Assembly: GCF_006345805.1 (NCBI RefSeq)
Contig: NW_021826482.1
Location: 1 to 12,842, forward strand
DNA: 12,842 nt
Reading direction: 5' to 3'
From: Octopus sinensis
Lineage: Eukaryota
Positions 9,505 through 12,842 of the stretch are shown in pieces (positions within the stretch are counted from its first letter, which is position 1; each line of letters opens with the position of its first letter). Under the pieces are notes generated by a model, which was not told the origin of the DNA, did not search any database, and saw only the letters and a program-made list of their open reading frames with translations. Both the position numbers and the translations under genes were made by a program.

Positions 9505-9569
9505 GTTACATACATACATAGTTACTGATAAATACATACATACATACATATATACTTATATATATATAG

Positions 9570-9667
<98 letters not shown>

Positions 9668-9763
9668 GTGTATTAAAAAGAAAGCGACTTGTTAACATAC
9701 ATACATAGTTACTTAGATAATACATACATACATACATATTATACTTATATATATATATATATA

Positions 9764-9806
<43 letters not shown>

Positions 9807-9825
9807 ATATATATATATATTATAT
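9488..9825 (+). repeat. Imperfect tandem duplication (about 185-bp period) rich in CATA/TA microsatellite
   Basis: Units start at 9488 (ttaagaagaagcgacttgttacatacatacatagttact) and 9673 (ttaaaaagaaagcgacttgttaacatacatacatagttact). Confidence 0.85.
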
Positions 9826-9826
9826 T

Positions 9827-9970
9827 TATTGATTCTTTTATTCTTTTATTTGTGAAAACATGATGCTTATTCTATCGGTCTCTTTTGCCGAACTGCTAAG
9901 CTACGCTGACGTAAACAAACCAACTCCGGTTGCCAAGTGGTAGTAGGAAACAGACACAAGCACAAAGACT
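9827..9970 (-). mobile_element. SINE family A 3' fragment with large internal deletion
   Basis: cttattctatcggtctcttttgccgaactgctaag...gacgtaaacaaacc...acagacaca is the reverse complement of the family A 3' half. The tail-like ttcttttattcttttatt abuts (TA)n. Confidence 0.8.
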
Positions 9971-10084
9971 CACTCAAATTTATATAGTTCTTCATACATG
10001 AATTGAAAATTGGTCGGTATTATAATTTTATCTGTTATGTTAAATCTTTTTTTTTTTCTTGATGTTCATATGAGTTTCTTGCAG

Positions 10085-10157
10085 CTTGTTCGAAAGATTT
10101 TAAGTCCACATTACACTTTCCCCAAGTAGACTACATTATATTTACTGACACACTGAA
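10085..10157 (+). CDS. Candidate internal coding exon (73 nt), peptide CSKDFKSTLHFPQVDYIIFTDTL, product unknown
   Basis: Poly-T tract plus tttcttgcag acceptor (AG at 10083-10084), perfect GTAAGT donor at 10158, and exactly one of three frames open. No homology recognised. Confidence 0.45.
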
Positions 10158-10316
10158 GTAAGTGAGCGATACTCTCGTTAAACGTACCAAAACCGCGGAA
10201 CTTCATATCACAGCTGGCGAAGAGAGATTTGTGTTTTTGTGCTTGTCTATATCCTATTCATTTTACTTGCTCTCTGTGCTCGAGCTCTTCCTCTCCTTTT
10301 ATTTATCCATTTGCCC

Positions 10317-10384
<68 letters not shown>

Positions 10385-10430
10385 GTCTATCTATCTATCT
10401 ATCTATCTGTCTGTCTGTCTGTCTGTCTAT
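10317..10430. repeat. (CTAT)n grading into (CTGT)n microsatellite
   Basis: Directly visible. Confidence 0.95.
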
Positions 10431-10710
10431 TTGTCTAACTACGCACGCACACATACACACATACACATATACACACAGCATCCACGCCTTGTATTCAAGA
10501 CAACGCATACAATATTACATATCAAAGCTATATAATTGAAATTGGCAACATATAATGTTTGTACAGAGTTCCAGCTGTCTCTCATTAAATAAAGATTTAT
10601 ATTAAAAGCTGATTTGTTATTTGCATTCATATATTCAATTATATTTTAATACTTAATTGAACGTATGAAAGGCCAAAAAAAAAAAAAACAGTTCGCCATT
10701 GCAATCGCAG

Positions 10711-10750
10711 TTGTCTGACCCAATCGCTGACACATTACCAAAGTATTAGA
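10711..10750 (+). CDS. Weak candidate 40-nt exon (N)CLTQSLTHYQSIR
   Basis: cgcag acceptor with a weak pyrimidine tract and a GTAAGC donor at 10751. Open in the phase that links 10085-10157 to frame 1 of the 11820 segment. Confidence 0.25.
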
Positions 10751-11819
10751 GTAAGCAGGAGAATTTTATCAACGACGAAATTCTTGCAGTGCAATATCAG
10801 TAGAGTTGTATCACCAACCAAGGTCGTACACGTTCAGTAAAACCTTTTAATACATCACAATAAGCAGTGACTTCACAAGAATTCGCTTTAAACATTTGAC
10901 GGTGGTCAGAGTGCAAGCGTTTATCAATCTGTTCTCGTTCGACTACGCGAAGAATTACCCGTAGAAAGCAATCTAAAAAAATGTCTACACCTCCAAAAGT
11001 ATATATTTAAAAAGTGGGTATCGTGAAATCTTTTGTAGCTGATATTGAAACTATTGGCTCCTTTAATGTATTTTCACGAGTTAAAATTTCCTTGAAAATA
11101 GATATTATTCTGTACGTAAACAATAATAACCCTCTCTCTTTCTCGCCATTCTTAAACTACCAATGTTTAATAAACAGTTGTAGTTTATGAAGAGAAAAAG
11201 GAGAAAACATCCATGAATTTCCTCCATGCTGTAATTGATTTTATCTTTGATTTTAATGAAATGTTTCCCTTCGCAATATATTTGATTTACAAGTTACAGA
11301 TTACATCATGCTGAAGATTTCTAAAAGTAATGAAATAGTACTATACAGGATTACAAACATCTAGAAATTGTAAGACATGTGTAATATATGAAAAAGAAAA
11401 AGAAACAGATACGTGAATTCTATCCATTTTCTTCCTCTTCCTTAATTTCAAATTCAATTTTTTGCATCCCATTTCCTATGTGACGGGCGTTACTTTTATT
11501 CATATAATTTGCCACAAAAGCATTACACAGATGTAGCTACAGGCTGGACATTTACACTAATGAGATGAAATGAAAAATATATGAATGAATGGGGGAAACG
11601 AACGGCGCCCGCCGACCGCCGCTTCCTGAAAACAATTTCCTTTAAAATAGGATGAGGTTTCAAAGCCTCTTACCATTTAACACTAATGTTCATCATCTTC
11701 AGTATCGTTTATGACCCCATACCCCGCCATTCCCTATGCTTCATTCAAAAATGTGGCGTGTGACTTATTAGGGCCACCCAGCCATAAGCCAAACTCCTCT
11801 TTCAGTTATTTTTTTTCAG

Positions 11820-11972
11820 TTTTTGGAAAACGGAGAACCTTATGACCCCCACACATATCTGCGAAGGCCATTCGGGGTCCCGTATGCAGGCCAGATCTAC
11901 TCTCTCTTGGAGTGTGATGGGCGTTACTTCCATAGTGTAAACGGACATAGCCAGAGGTTATTGCAACTATAG
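11820..11972 (+). CDS. Candidate coding exon (FLENGEPYDPHTYLRRPFGVPYAGQIYSLLECDGRYFHSVNGHSQR...), frame, end and even strand uncertain
   Basis: Strong acceptor ctcctctttcagttattttttttcag. Unique sequence, visibly more GC-rich than its flanks. Frame from 11820 is open to TAG 11970-11972 (weak donor GTTATT at 11957); frame from 11821 is open to TAA 11938-11940. Confidence 0.4.
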   Translation, partial: FLENGEPYDPHTYLRRPFGVPYAGQIYSLLECDGRYFHSVNGHSQRLLQL

Positions 11973-12169
11973 AAGACTGCACTATTAAGAAATACAGAGA
12001 ATGTAAAAGTCTTTTTTTTATTTTTGCATTGCGAAAATTGCTCTTCTGTGATTTGTTGTACACTCTCAGTAATGTATAATACATAACATATACATACGTA
12101 TATATATGCATGTATATATATGTGTATATATAAGTATGCGCATATATTTGTGTACATATTTGTGTGTAC

Positions 12170-12175
12170 GTGCGG

Positions 12176-12221
<46 letters not shown>

Positions 12222-12248
12222 TGTGTGTGTGTGTGTGTGCGTGCGTGC
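12170..12248. repeat. (TG)n microsatellite
   Basis: TG tract directly abutting the SINE head at 12249. Confidence 0.95.
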
Positions 12249-12546
12249 GAATGCGCATGGCTTAGTGGTTAGGATGTTGCACTCACGATTAGGGGATCAT
12301 TCATTCGATTTCCAGACCCGGCGTTGCGTTGTGTTCTTGAGCAAAGCACTTCATTTTCACCTTGCACTGCGATCGTTTCGTCATCTGACATGTGCCACAC
12401 GGTGCACGTTTACAGATAATATCGATTTGATGGAGGGATTGAGCTTATGTGAACACAAACATCTGATCACTATAAACAAATCATCTGTGTGGTTCGGCAA
12501 GAAACTATCGAACCTTCACACGTCGCCTGACAACGGGAGAGTCCAT
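12249..12546 (+). mobile_element. SINE with family C-type head and a different 3' body
   Basis: gcgcatggcttagtggttagg A-box region and gcgttgtgttcttgagcaaagcacttc match 7272-7380. The sequences diverge after about 12360. The 3' boundary is inferred from the start of the TA tract. Confidence 0.7.
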
Positions 12547-12554
12547 GATATGTA

Positions 12555-12557
<3 letters not shown>

Positions 12558-12597
<40 letters not shown>
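12558..12597. repeat. (TA)n microsatellite
   Basis: Perfect TA tract between two converging SINE 3' ends. Confidence 0.95.
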
Positions 12598-12599
<2 letters not shown>

Positions 12600-12617
12600 T
12601 TTATCACGATATATATA

Positions 12618-12842
12618 TTCTTTATTACTCTCTTACTTGTTTCAGTCATTTGACTATGGCAAATCGACCCCAGGACTTATTCCTTGTAAGCCTAGTACTT
12701 ACACTATCGGTCTCTTTTGCCGAGCTGCTAAGTTACGGGGACGTAAATACACCAGCATCAGTTGTCAAGCGATGTTGGAGGAACAAACACAGACACACAT
12801 ACATATATATACATGTATACACATATACAACGGGCTTCTTTT
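12618..12842 (-). mobile_element. SINE family A, 3' half (cut by window edge) with 28-nt internal deletion
   Basis: Reverse complement of about 8625-8890. It lacks catgctggagcaccgcctttagtcgagc between 12660 and 12661. Confidence 0.9.

Noticed and set aside
10892-11027. Short open frame DGGQSASVYQSVLVRLREELPVES...
   Set aside because: Bounded by stops, with no acceptor or start; expected by chance.

Overview
AT-rich, repeat-dense animal genomic DNA. The SINE sequences match ones I recall from octopus (coleoid cephalopod) genomes; this is recognition from memory, not a database search. Most of the window is decayed mobile-element pieces set among long microsatellites. It holds at least three tRNA-derived SINE families (labelled A, B and C here, about 13 copies or fragments) and a 5'-truncated RTE/BovB-like LINE with a candidate 16-bp target-site duplication. 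It also holds two separate fragments (RT and restriction-like endonuclease) of RLE-type non-LTR retrotransposons and a mariner transposase C-terminus with one TIR. No supplied ORF is a convincing intact gene; most are microsatellite read-throughs. Two or three short candidate plus-strand exons (10085-10157, 10711-10750, from 11820) may belong to an unidentified host gene. The most unusual features are (i) several 150-220 bp local duplications, including a 183-bp internal SINE piece apparently copied from 1.07 kb away into another SINE, and (ii) family-specific association of elements with particular microsatellites. No prokaryotic systems, CRISPR arrays or true RNA genes are supported.
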